IMG/VR virus record: IMGVR_UViG_3300033120_001005
Coordinates: 1 to 64,000 of that record
DNA: 64,000 bases
Direction: 5' to 3' (one strand)
Source of the DNA: a virus
Lineage: Duplodnaviria > Caudoviricetes
A program made the position numbers and the translations under genes. Of this stretch, positions 38,361 through 47,131 are shown in pieces (positions within the stretch are counted from its first letter, which is position 1; every line of letters begins with the position of its first letter). Below the pieces are notes generated by a model, which ran no database searches, was not told the origin of the DNA, and was given only the letters and a program-made list of their open reading frames with translations.

Positions 38361-39245
38361 ATGACACAATCATTCAAAACATTAGGCGATTTACAGTTTG
38401 AAAAATTTAATGTTAAAGACGAAACCAGGCCTTCTGTTGGCTTACCATTTGAAACTTTTATTGGTACTCAGCATATTTACAAAGGAAATACACCAATTCC
38501 TTTTAGTGGTGCCCAAATTTTAGAAGGTGTTTTCCGTAAAATCAATGAATTTATTCCTGACCAAAACAGAAGCTGGGGAAATATTTTTGTTTACAAAAGC
38601 CAATTTAATGCGCCTAATTACGTTAAAAAGCTTACAGGTAACGAACCACCTGAAATTAAACAATTAAGCCAGCTAACACCTATTAGCGACTTAAATTTTC
38701 CACGTTTCATAGGCACCATTGATTTAATTGGTGATGGTGAACATACAGAACGTATTGCTATTAAATGTGACGACAACAAAAGCATTCAGCTTGCAGTTGG
38801 TTTAAATGTAAATGTTTGTTCAAATTTTACATTGTTTGGCAACAATTTGTTAAACACAAACACCCGCGAAAAAAAAGATTACAACTGGATTATTGAACAA
38901 GTTGAAAAATATTGCCGTTCAATTGAAGATAAATTCAAATACGATTTGGATATTATCAATAAAATGCAAAACATTACTATTGGAACTGAGGAACGAGACA
39001 GATTTTTAGGTGATTTGTTAATGAAATACGAAACTAAAGATGAAGTGTTGCCAGTAACAATGATTAATGATTTTAGCCGTCAGTTAAAACTAACTGAGGT
39101 TAACAACGTATGGCAATTAATTAACGCTGGTACTGAAAAAATCCGTTTTGATTCTAATACTGGTGACAGTATTTTAGAAACAATGAACCGTTTTGCCAAC
39201 CATACAGCTGAGTCATACGAAATCCCTTATGAGTTTAGTTTATAA
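38361..39245 (+). CDS. DUF932-like protein
   Basis: LAVGLNVNVCSNF motif and C-terminal NVWQLINAGTE, characteristic of DUF932-type families. Confidence 0.5.
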   Translation: MTQSFKTLGDLQFEKFNVKDETRPSVGLPFETFIGTQHIYKGNTPIPFSGAQILEGVFRKINEFIPDQNRSWGNIFVYKSQFNAPNYVKKLTGNEPPEIKQLSQLTPISDLNFPRFIGTIDLIGDGEHTERIAIKCDDNKSIQLAVGLNVNVCSNFTLFGNNLLNTNTREKKDYNWIIEQVEKYCRSIEDKFKYDLDIINKMQNITIGTEERDRFLGDLLMKYETKDEVLPVTMINDFSRQLKLTEVNNVWQLINAGTEKIRFDSNTGDSILETMNRFANHTAESYEIPYEFSL

Positions 39246-39633
39246 GGACGAATTTTCGGTTGACGATGCTTATTTATTAGTAAAAAAAGCCCTCACTTTG
39301 GCAAAGCCTAAGTGGGGGTTAATTGAAGATGAGCGCGATTTTGAGGCTATTTTTATTTCTAAACTGGATATGATAGTTAAATCAAGGATAAATCTTTCAC
39401 CACAACTTAAATTTAGCGTTGCTGATTTAACTAAAATGAAAGTTTTACTATTTGCTGATGTTATATGTGGAGTGTGTTTAACTATTTCAGAAAAGAATTA
39501 TATGTTTTCCGACAATACAGTACGTTGTGGTTATGCAGCAATTCATTTTCTTTGTATTCAAAACACAAAAGGTCGCGAAATGACTCAAAGAATATCAGAT
39601 ATAATAAAAAAAGAAAAATACATTTTAAACTAA
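39229..39633 (+). CDS. Hypothetical protein
   Basis: In-frame ATG at 39229 (track start 39193). Confidence 0.55.
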   Translation: MSLVYKDEFSVDDAYLLVKKALTLAKPKWGLIEDERDFEAIFISKLDMIVKSRINLSPQLKFSVADLTKMKVLLFADVICGVCLTISEKNYMFSDNTVRCGYAAIHFLCIQNTKGREMTQRISDIIKKEKYILN

Positions 39634-40088
39634 TGAATATAGCAATCAAACTAACAGAACAAAACATCAATCCGGACTCATTGTATGGTAAAATTAACCG
39701 CGCTTTTGAGTTTGATTTAAACCAGATAGCAATTGTATTAGATGAACTAGAAAAAGATGATGTAAAAGGATTTGTTGGAGTATTAGACTTTAGGAAAGCA
39801 TCATTTTTAATTATGCCTAGTTATTTAACAGTTAAGCCTCAAAAAATCAAAAAAATGATTGTTGGTAACAGAATAATTGAAGAAACGATTCATTTACGTA
39901 CTGAATATTTAAAATCAGAACACGTTAAAAATCGTGCTTTATTGTGGCTTGATAAATTTTCTGATATGCCTGCCAAATCTTATTTTGTTCCTTGCATTAT
40001 TGCTAATACAGAATTAGGCTGGTTATGGTGTACAAATACAAATTTGTCAGTGCCGCTTGAAATAATCGAAATGATTGAAAATTATTAA
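39633..40088 (+). CDS. Hypothetical protein
   Basis: TAATG coupling at 39631-35 is preferred over the track start at 39465. Confidence 0.6.
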   Translation: MNIAIKLTEQNINPDSLYGKINRAFEFDLNQIAIVLDELEKDDVKGFVGVLDFRKASFLIMPSYLTVKPQKIKKMIVGNRIIEETIHLRTEYLKSEHVKNRALLWLDKFSDMPAKSYFVPCIIANTELGWLWCTNTNLSVPLEIIEMIENY

Positions 40089-40091
40089 ACT

Positions 40092-40430
40092 ATGGATATA
40101 AAAACAGATAAAAAACCAAGTAGAAATGTTTGGTGGTGCAATGAAAGGTTTACAATTTTACCTTTATTTACATACAAAAAAGCAGATTACCACAATACAA
40201 CAAAATTTACCTTTAGATGGTTAATTTTAAAGTTGTGGACTATTGATGCATTTGATTTTGAATTTGCTGCATTTTTAGATAATCATTTTGGTATTGGCTT
40301 TTCTATTACATTGCCATATACAAGAATTGTTGTATCAATTGAACCAAGGCCAAAAATAAGTGAATGGATTCAAAGTAAATTATGGCGCAAACCAGCTTCA
40401 ATGAGAAAAAATGGCCGTACCATATCCTAA
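40092..40430 (+). CDS. Hypothetical aromatic-rich protein
   Basis: Coupled ORF. Confidence 0.6.
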   Translation: MDIKTDKKPSRNVWWCNERFTILPLFTYKKADYHNTTKFTFRWLILKLWTIDAFDFEFAAFLDNHFGIGFSITLPYTRIVVSIEPRPKISEWIQSKLWRKPASMRKNGRTIS

Positions 40431-40812
40431 GCCTGAGCCAAAACCTAAAAAAAAGTATGCAGGTTTAAAAAGAACACCAATAAAAAAAAAGATAAGCAAA
40501 AAACAGCAAATAGCAATTAAAACCTCAAAGGAATACTACGAAAATGCTATTTTAAACAATCAGAAAAAAAACAAAGGTTTATGTTATTGCGAAAACTGTG
40601 GGGACTTAATTAAGTTTCCCACAGGCAGTAATGTTTCTCATATTATTTCTAAAGGAACTAATGTTTCTCTTTATTTTGATATGGAAAATCATTTTATTTT
40701 ATGTTCTACTTGTGAATATGAATGGACCAATGGTTCCAGAAGAAAAATGAAAATATACCCTTTATCAGAACAAATCAAAATCAAACTAACACATAAATAT
40801 TATGACCGATAA
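40411..40812 (+). CDS. NinG-like/HNH Zn-binding nuclease
   Basis: CENCG...SHIISKG...LYFDMENHFILCSTC. Confidence 0.6.
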   Translation: MAVPYPKPEPKPKKKYAGLKRTPIKKKISKKQQIAIKTSKEYYENAILNNQKKNKGLCYCENCGDLIKFPTGSNVSHIISKGTNVSLYFDMENHFILCSTCEYEWTNGSRRKMKIYPLSEQIKIKLTHKYYDR

Positions 40813-41146
40813 AAAATTAGAAAAAGGAAATAAATTAAAAGCTAAGATTGAATATCTTGAAAGAAAAGTTGTTAGTATAAATACTTTTTTGTCTAGAATT
40901 GATAATGTACGTCAAAACAATTCTTCAAAAGAAATAAAATATATTAGTTTTAGAAATTCTATAAGTTTTATCAACAATCAACAAAATCATTTTGCTAATG
41001 ATGTTGAATTTAATGAACAATCTTTATTTGATGATGAAAAATTGTATTCTGAAATTTTGGAAGAACAATATACTTTTCAAAACTCAATAAGAATTATTGT
41101 TGAAAAAAGAATTACTGAGTTAAGGGAAGAATATAATGAATTGTAA
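40802..41146 (+). CDS. Hypothetical coiled-coil protein
   Basis: Architecture resembles the next ORF. Confidence 0.6.
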   Translation: MTDKKLEKGNKLKAKIEYLERKVVSINTFLSRIDNVRQNNSSKEIKYISFRNSISFINNQQNHFANDVEFNEQSLFDDEKLYSEILEEQYTFQNSIRIIVEKRITELREEYNEL

Positions 41147-41460
41147 TGGAAGAGTCCGTTTTTAATAAAGCAGCTAGTTTAAAAAATCAAATTCAAACTA
41201 CTCAAAACAAAATAAATTTATTGCAGGGAGCAATTAATAAACTATCAACTAAAAAACACCATTTTGTTACTAACACAAAATTTGGTGAAGTTGACGAAGT
41301 ATCTGATTTGATTTATAATTATGAAAGTATTTTTGAAGAAAATTCAACTACATATTTTAATAATCTTTTGCAAGAAAAATTGATTAAAAAATGGGTTGAA
41401 AAAAGACAAGAACTTTCTAATATTTTAAAGGATTTGCAACAAAAATTTGATGATTTATAA
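41146..41460 (+). CDS. Hypothetical coiled-coil protein
   Basis: TAATG coupling with the previous ORF. Confidence 0.6.
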   Translation: MEESVFNKAASLKNQIQTTQNKINLLQGAINKLSTKKHHFVTNTKFGEVDEVSDLIYNYESIFEENSTTYFNNLLQEKLIKKWVEKRQELSNILKDLQQKFDDL

Positions 41461-41464
41461 GCAT

Positions 41465-41494
41465 AAAAAAAGCCCTCAATTGAGGGCTTTTTTT
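41465..41494. terminator. Bidirectional terminator at convergent genes
   Basis: A7-GCCCTCA-at-TGAGGGC-T7. Confidence 0.9.
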
Positions 41495-41508
41495 AAACAA
41501 ACTAAACA

Positions 41509-42867
41509 TTACACTATATAAGCAGGACATAACAAATCTTTTACCACTGGTTCACCTGAAAAATCCAAATCAGGTAAATCATCAATACCAGTATAAATTG
41601 AAACAGCTGAACTATTTGTTGTTCCAGTTACAGCGGCTCCACCATTTGTTAATGATAAAGTGAACGTTGAACTACTTATAACATTTACATAGTAGGTTTG
41701 AGCAATACCATGTTTAATACCAGTTGTACCCGGTAAAGAAGCAAATACTTTTTGACCTTGTACTAAACCATGTGCTGCTTTTGTAATAACACCTGTACTT
41801 GCAACAATAGCACCATCAGCAAAAGCTAATGTACCATAATTTGTTGTTTTTCTCCAAGCATTAAATGTTACAACAACAGTTCCATCAGTTGTACCAGTTA
41901 CAGCAACACCACCAACAGTAGCAGCTAAACTAAACGTATTTGCGTTAATTACGTTAGCAAAATACTGAGTGTTTGCAGTAATACCAGTTGTTGAAGCAAT
42001 ACTTTCTAAAAACACAGGTTGTCCATTGGTTAAACCATGTGAAGCAATGGTAATAACACCTGTACTTGCAACAATAGCACCACCTAAACGAGTATTTGTA
42101 GCAGCTGTTAAATTTAACAATGCTTCAAATTGTGCTTCAAAAGTTGTATTGTCAGTATCAACTACAACTAAAAACAAATCAGGTTTATTTTCTTTGAACG
42201 AAAAAGGGTTCATTCCAGTAAAATTTGAAACTTGAATTGCATAAACATCAAAATTGTCAGCGCTTGTAATAGCACCTACAGTTTCATACTCAAAAGTTCT
42301 TGGACCATAAGGATTAGCCATTGCAATAACTTGTGCGTATGTCATTCCTTTGTTTTTTACGCCCTGAGTTAAAATATCTAAAACAACGGTTGATGGTGCA
42401 TTTGTTTCAATTGCAATTAATCCAACACCAGCATTTACTTGAGTTAACAATACATAACCACCACTAATACTTGCAGTAAATAAATTACTAAAAGCTTTAT
42501 TGTTGTTTACAGCTGCTAATACTCTTGCTTGAAATGCAGATTGAGAAATACTTTCTGAAGTACCAATATTTGCATTTGCAAATACAGTTTCATTAGTTTC
42601 AGGAGCGGTTGTTTTTGGACCAATAGCTTTAATTTTCAAAGTTGTACCAGCAACTGGTGAACCCGGAATAGCAATTCTCCATACTCCCGAAACGGCAGCT
42701 GAATAAGAGCTTTTAACTACTGATTCAATATTTTTGTAACGAATTGGTGTTTTTAAGCCTTGCAAGAATACCTTACCTTGACCTAGCGTGCCCTGTTTAC
42801 CAATCAACAGGTAGGGATTAGCTGAACCGCCAATCACTACGACACGACTTACATTTGCGTCATACAT
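41509..42867 (-). CDS. Putative virion auxiliary/decoration protein with two internal beta repeats
   Basis: T/A/G/V-rich; GAIVASTGVIT..HGL..GQ.VF repeat occurs twice, with a 33-bp exact DNA repeat near 41783 and 42050. Confidence 0.6.
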   Translation of the reverse strand: MYDANVSRVVVIGGSANPYLLIGKQGTLGQGKVFLQGLKTPIRYKNIESVVKSSYSAAVSGVWRIAIPGSPVAGTTLKIKAIGPKTTAPETNETVFANANIGTSESISQSAFQARVLAAVNNNKAFSNLFTASISGGYVLLTQVNAGVGLIAIETNAPSTVVLDILTQGVKNKGMTYAQVIAMANPYGPRTFEYETVGAITSADNFDVYAIQVSNFTGMNPFSFKENKPDLFLVVVDTDNTTFEAQFEALLNLTAATNTRLGGAIVASTGVITIASHGLTNGQPVFLESIASTTGITANTQYFANVINANTFSLAATVGGVAVTGTTDGTVVVTFNAWRKTTNYGTLAFADGAIVASTGVITKAAHGLVQGQKVFASLPGTTGIKHGIAQTYYVNVISSSTFTLSLTNGGAAVTGTTNSSAVSIYTGIDDLPDLDFSGEPVVKDLLCPAYIV

Positions 42868-42905
42868 ATTTTTATCTTAAATTGTGAGCAACAAAAATAT
42901 AACAT

Positions 42906-43214
42906 ATGACTAAACTAAGTGAGACACAAAGAAAAAAACTTGTTAATAAAACTTTTGGTGTAGTTCAGGCTATAATTGGGCTTGGATTACCTGTTGATAT
43001 TGGCATTTTAAGATTCGAAACATTTAACTCTCAATTCATACAAAAAAGACAAAGAAAAGGACCTAAAAAATCATTTAAATCAACCTATGACAAAGATTTG
43101 CTAATGAATGCAAAATTGTTAAAAAAAGGGGCTTATGGTAAGTTCACCGTAGGTAAAATCAGCATAACAGAAAAAGAAATAAAAAAATCAATTCAAATGT
43201 TGACAACTAGATAA
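42906..43214 (+). CDS. Basic hypothetical protein, possibly DNA-binding
   Basis: Lys-rich, 102 aa. Confidence 0.5.
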   Translation: MTKLSETQRKKLVNKTFGVVQAIIGLGLPVDIGILRFETFNSQFIQKRQRKGPKKSFKSTYDKDLLMNAKLLKKGAYGKFTVGKISITEKEIKKSIQMLTTR

Positions 43215-43245
43215 TTTGTATATTAATAATTACATTATATATTTG
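43215..43245 (+). promoter_or_regulatory. Consensus Bacteroidota sigma70-type promoter upstream of the replication/recombination operon
   Basis: TTTG(43215-18)-N19-TATATTTG(43238-45), a perfect match; ATG at 43265. Confidence 0.8.
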
Positions 43246-43264
43246 TCAAAGCAAACTAAACATT

Positions 43265-44101
43265 ATGAGTGAAGTAAATTTAGAGTATTGTCCGATATTA
43301 GGACCAGAAAACAAAAACCTTATTAGTGGTGGTGCAACTGTAAAAAGTTTCCCTTACACATTTACAGATGAAGAAAAAGCAAGCATAGCTGAAAGTGCCG
43401 CTCATTTGTTCCAAAAAATTCAAACAGCTGAAATGGAAAAAAAAGCCATTATTAAACAGCATGATGAAAAAATCCAAATTATTAAAAATCAACATGCATT
43501 AGCTAATTCAAAAGTTATTTCAGGTGTTGAACAAAGAGATTTTAAATGTAAAATCATTTTTGATTTTTCTACTGGTAAAAAATATTTTTACGATGAATTT
43601 TCATTAAGAAAATTAGGTGAAGCCCCATTAGATGCAGATGATTATCAATTAAAAGCTGATTTGGATTCTGCTGGTGAACAAATCCCTGATTGGGCTAAAG
43701 ATGAAGCTCTTTTTGTTGAAGAAAAAAACCAAATTGAACAAGGTCCAAAACAACCAAAAGAACCAGAACCGCCATTGTTGTTAGAAGAAACAAATGGTGA
43801 TTCTATTGGTAAAAGCCTTGATGAAAAATTGGATGAAAAACCAAAATCAAAAAGAACCAAAAAAACAGTAGTTAAAGGTGTTGTTCAAGATGGCCCACAA
43901 GAAAATTTGGATTCAAAAGAAGAGTTAAAACCAAAAGAAGATTTAGAGCCAAAACCAATGGATAATGACTTATTGGAAGAAACACTTATTATTCCTGAAG
44001 AATTAGAACCAGAACCTGTTATGAATGATTTTTTAGATGAAATAATTATTCCTGAAATAACAGATTCAAAAGAACAAGATGATGATAACATCATTATGTA
44101 A
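43265..44101 (+). CDS. Conserved phage protein with coiled coil and long acidic tail
   Basis: GVEQRDFKCKIIFDFSTGKK pattern; E/D/P-rich C-terminal half. Confidence 0.6.
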   Translation: MSEVNLEYCPILGPENKNLISGGATVKSFPYTFTDEEKASIAESAAHLFQKIQTAEMEKKAIIKQHDEKIQIIKNQHALANSKVISGVEQRDFKCKIIFDFSTGKKYFYDEFSLRKLGEAPLDADDYQLKADLDSAGEQIPDWAKDEALFVEEKNQIEQGPKQPKEPEPPLLLEETNGDSIGKSLDEKLDEKPKSKRTKKTVVKGVVQDGPQENLDSKEELKPKEDLEPKPMDNDLLEETLIIPEELEPEPVMNDFLDEIIIPEITDSKEQDDDNIIM

Positions 44102-44136
44102 AAAAAATTATAAGTACAAACTATCAGAACAAATAC

Positions 44137-44169
44137 AAAAAGCCTAAAATATTTTTAGGCTTTTTTTTT
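44137..44169 (+). terminator. Rho-independent terminator
   Basis: AAAAGCCTAAAA...TTTTAGGC followed by T9. Confidence 0.8.
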
Positions 44170-44188
44170 AACCAAACTAAACATTACA

Positions 44189-44686
44189 ATGAAAATTTAT
44201 TTAGCAAAATCAAATAAAGCAAACTATGATGTAGTTGCTTTAACAAGAAAACATTTAACAGAATTAGGACACGAAATTGTTGAATTTAAAGGTGGTGATT
44301 ATTCGCCATTAGACCTTGAAAATTCAGATGCTTGTGTTGCTATTGTTGATCAATACTCAGCAACTGAACCTATTATTGGTAGAGGTTTATTTGAACAAAT
44401 GAATATTTGTTTATTTAAAACAGCAAAAACTTGTGTTGTTGTTAATGCAGACCAAATTAATGAGTTTATAGTTCATCGTGTATTGGACACTAAACTTATT
44501 GACAGTAAAAATTGGGTTGCTTATGGAAGGGCTGTTTTGGAGCCTAAATCAGTTCCATTTAGTATGATAATTGATAACGGAAAATCAATTTCAAGTTCAC
44601 AAGGTTTTCAATCAAAACCTTCACAAGATTTATCAGAACAACCAACCAGTAAATTACCAGAATACGATCCTAAAAAATTATTTTAA
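44189..44686 (+). CDS. Nucleoside 2-deoxyribosyltransferase/TIR-like flavodoxin-fold protein
   Basis: MKIYLA start, LENSDACVAIVD, and IGRGLFEQ (G..G..E) pattern. Confidence 0.45.
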   Translation: MKIYLAKSNKANYDVVALTRKHLTELGHEIVEFKGGDYSPLDLENSDACVAIVDQYSATEPIIGRGLFEQMNICLFKTAKTCVVVNADQINEFIVHRVLDTKLIDSKNWVAYGRAVLEPKSVPFSMIIDNGKSISSSQGFQSKPSQDLSEQPTSKLPEYDPKKLF

Positions 44687-44688
44687 GC

Positions 44689-46056
44689 ATGAAAGTTTTA
44701 AAAGTAAAAATTGAAAATTATAAACTTCTTGAAGAAGTTGAATTAGATTTATCAGGAAGATCAATTATAGTTACCGGCCCTAACGAGGTCGGTAAATCTT
44801 CTTTGATTGATTCTATTTTTGATGTGTTATCAAATGGAGATATGCCGCCTAAACCAATTAGAGACGGTGAAGAAAATGGCTTAATTCAAATTGAAGTTGG
44901 TGATGAAGAAAGTGGAACTAAATACATTGTTCAAAAAAGTTTTACCAAGGCAAATGAAAAAGGTTATTTGAGTATTTCAACTCCCGATGGTGCAAAGTAT
45001 TCAAAACCTGTAGAGCATTTACATAAATTGTTTGGCACTATTAGTTTTGACATTGAAAAACTACTTAATGCCAAAAACGAAAAAGAAATGTTCAAAATGT
45101 TAAAAGACTTTTTGAATATTGATACTGTTGATTTGGATGCTGAATACAAAAAAGTATTCGAAGAAAGAGCATTTTTAAATAAAGAAGTTTCTACTTTACA
45201 GCAATTTATTAAGGAATTTGCTCCTGGTTATATTGATAGCAAAAAAGAAGAATTAGCTAAACTAAAATTAAAAGCTCAAGAATTGGAGCCTAAAAAATTA
45301 GAATTGGCTAAAGTTCAAGCTAGTATTATTAAAGGTAATGATTTTATTAATAATAATGCTCAAGTAATTCAAAACATTAATGTTGCAATTTCTTCTAACA
45401 ATTCAACTGTTCAACGTAATCAAGAATTAATCGCTGATTATGAAAAAAAAATCATTGAGTTAAAAGAAGCTAACAATAAAATCTGTGAAGAAAACTTAGT
45501 ACACGCAGAAAACCTTAAAAAAGAAACAAAAATTAAGGAAGATGCTACTTTATTGTTAAAAAAATACAATGAAGAAAAAGATCAATTAGTTGCCGATACT
45601 AATACTGAATCTGACGCTTCTTTAATGGTTGCCATTGAAAAGGATATTCAAGAGTATAATACTAGTATTGAAACTACAAAAACAGCTGAAACAAAATCAA
45701 TTGAAGCAAAAGCCAAAACTAAAAGACTTGACGAAATCAAAGCTAGTATTTCAGAATTGTTTAAAGCTGCTTCTACCGATGAAATTACTATCACTGAAGA
45801 TGAAATTTTGTATAAAGGACTTCCTTTAAACAAAAAACAAATTAACACTGCTAGCCTTGCTAAATTAGCCCTTCAGTTGGCCATGAAATCAAATTCTAAA
45901 CTACAAAGTGTTAGGTTTGATGCATCATTTATGGACAACAAAACTTTCCATGAAACAATGAACGAAATCCGAAAAGCAGGCTTTCAAGCATTTGTTGAAA
46001 TGGTTGACAAAGAAGGTCAAGACTTACAAATTATTGTTGAAGAAGATATTTTGTAG
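44689..46056 (+). CDS. SMC/Rad50-like ATPase
   Basis: MKVLKVKIENYK, Walker A GPNEVGKSS, central coiled coil, degenerate C-terminal signature/Walker B. Confidence 0.8.
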   Translation: MKVLKVKIENYKLLEEVELDLSGRSIIVTGPNEVGKSSLIDSIFDVLSNGDMPPKPIRDGEENGLIQIEVGDEESGTKYIVQKSFTKANEKGYLSISTPDGAKYSKPVEHLHKLFGTISFDIEKLLNAKNEKEMFKMLKDFLNIDTVDLDAEYKKVFEERAFLNKEVSTLQQFIKEFAPGYIDSKKEELAKLKLKAQELEPKKLELAKVQASIIKGNDFINNNAQVIQNINVAISSNNSTVQRNQELIADYEKKIIELKEANNKICEENLVHAENLKKETKIKEDATLLLKKYNEEKDQLVADTNTESDASLMVAIEKDIQEYNTSIETTKTAETKSIEAKAKTKRLDEIKASISELFKAASTDEITITEDEILYKGLPLNKKQINTASLAKLALQLAMKSNSKLQSVRFDASFMDNKTFHETMNEIRKAGFQAFVEMVDKEGQDLQIIVEEDIL

Positions 46057-46068
46057 TAATTTAGCACC

Positions 46069-46425
46069 ATGAGAATAAAAGATGCTATTGAAAAAGATGT
46101 AGTTACTAAAGGTGACATAGCTAACTTACGAACTGTTTATAATTCTAAACTAGATAGTATCTTTTATTTAATTGATGATATTGAAAATATGGAAAAGGAG
46201 TTACACAACAAATATTTCCATCTTAAAAAGCTTCAAACAGAAAACAAACTTTTAGACTTATATATTGAAGAATTAACCAATTATGGCAGTAATAAAGATA
46301 ACAAGCAAAAAAGAAAAAAAGATAACATTACGCTACAGTACCTTAAAAGACTATCCGGCCTGTGCCAAGCGATACCATCTAAGCACGTTACACCAGCCGA
46401 AGTTCAAACAAAAAACAGAAAATGA
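46069..46425 (+). CDS. Hypothetical protein
   Basis: Coiled coil; its 3' end overlaps the next gene. Confidence 0.45.
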   Translation: MRIKDAIEKDVVTKGDIANLRTVYNSKLDSIFYLIDDIENMEKELHNKYFHLKKLQTENKLLDLYIEELTNYGSNKDNKQKRKKDNITLQYLKRLSGLCQAIPSKHVTPAEVQTKNRK

Positions 46426-47131
46426 TATGCTTAAAGGTTCAATATTTGAATATTGGGCTACTGGTGGAACTTCTTCTGAAATTGTCCCTAATATGTGTGA
46501 CAAATGGATGAAATCTAAAAACAACAAAATTGGCAGGTTAAAAAACGAAACCATAGAAAAAATCTATGATGCTGCTATGTCAGCTAAAAAAATCTTTGTT
46601 GAAACCATTTATGCCAATGAAGAATTTAGAATTGATTTAAAGCCAGGCTTTGAACTTGTTTTTCACCCTGACGTAATAGGTACAATTACGTTGCCAGATT
46701 ACCCAAATCCATTTGTTGCTATTGTTGATACAAAATACACAGCATCAATTAATGAAGTTTGGAATGTAAAAGATAAGCAAAAAGACTTTTTGCAAGCACT
46801 TGTTTATGTTTATGGTTTTTATCATTGGACGTTAAAAGTTCAAGGTAAAGGGGTTCATTTACCTTTTGTGTATCATATTACTGAACACAACGATTTCAAC
46901 AAACCATTACACAAAACAATTGTGTTAAAAGTATCAGAAACAAACTTCCTACAGTTTGAAAAATTACTTGAATCTATTATGAACGATACTGAATTTAAAC
47001 CTACAGCGCATGATTTTAACTGTATTGGTAAAGGTAATTCATTTGGAGCATGTAGATTTATTGATTTTTGCGAAGAAGGAAGAAAATTAATAAACAAAAC
47101 AGAAGAATATAATTTTTCAGATTTAACCTAA
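46283..47131 (+). CDS. PD-(D/E)xK exonuclease (Cas4/RecB-like)
   Basis: YSTLKDYPAC, HPDVIG, IVDTKYT, QALVYVY, C-terminal C..C..C. Confidence 0.8.
   Translation: MAVIKITSKKEKKITLRYSTLKDYPACAKRYHLSTLHQPKFKQKTENDMLKGSIFEYWATGGTSSEIVPNMCDKWMKSKNNKIGRLKNETIEKIYDAAMSAKKIFVETIYANEEFRIDLKPGFELVFHPDVIGTITLPDYPNPFVAIVDTKYTASINEVWNVKDKQKDFLQALVYVYGFYHWTLKVQGKGVHLPFVYHITEHNDFNKPLHKTIVLKVSETNFLQFEKLLESIMNDTEFKPTAHDFNCIGKGNSFGACRFIDFCEEGRKLINKTEEYNFSDLT

Noticed and set aside
41740-42100. HGL..GQ.V repeats that may hit the 'E1 FCCH domain' profile, suggesting a link to the ubiquitin-like operon
   Set aside because: This beta module is common in phage structural proteins; the gene is 8 kb away, on the opposite strand, and has no E1 motifs.
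46283-47131. Cas4-like nuclease as a sign of a CRISPR locus
   Set aside because: No repeat-spacer array or other cas genes seen; the context is a replication/recombination operon.
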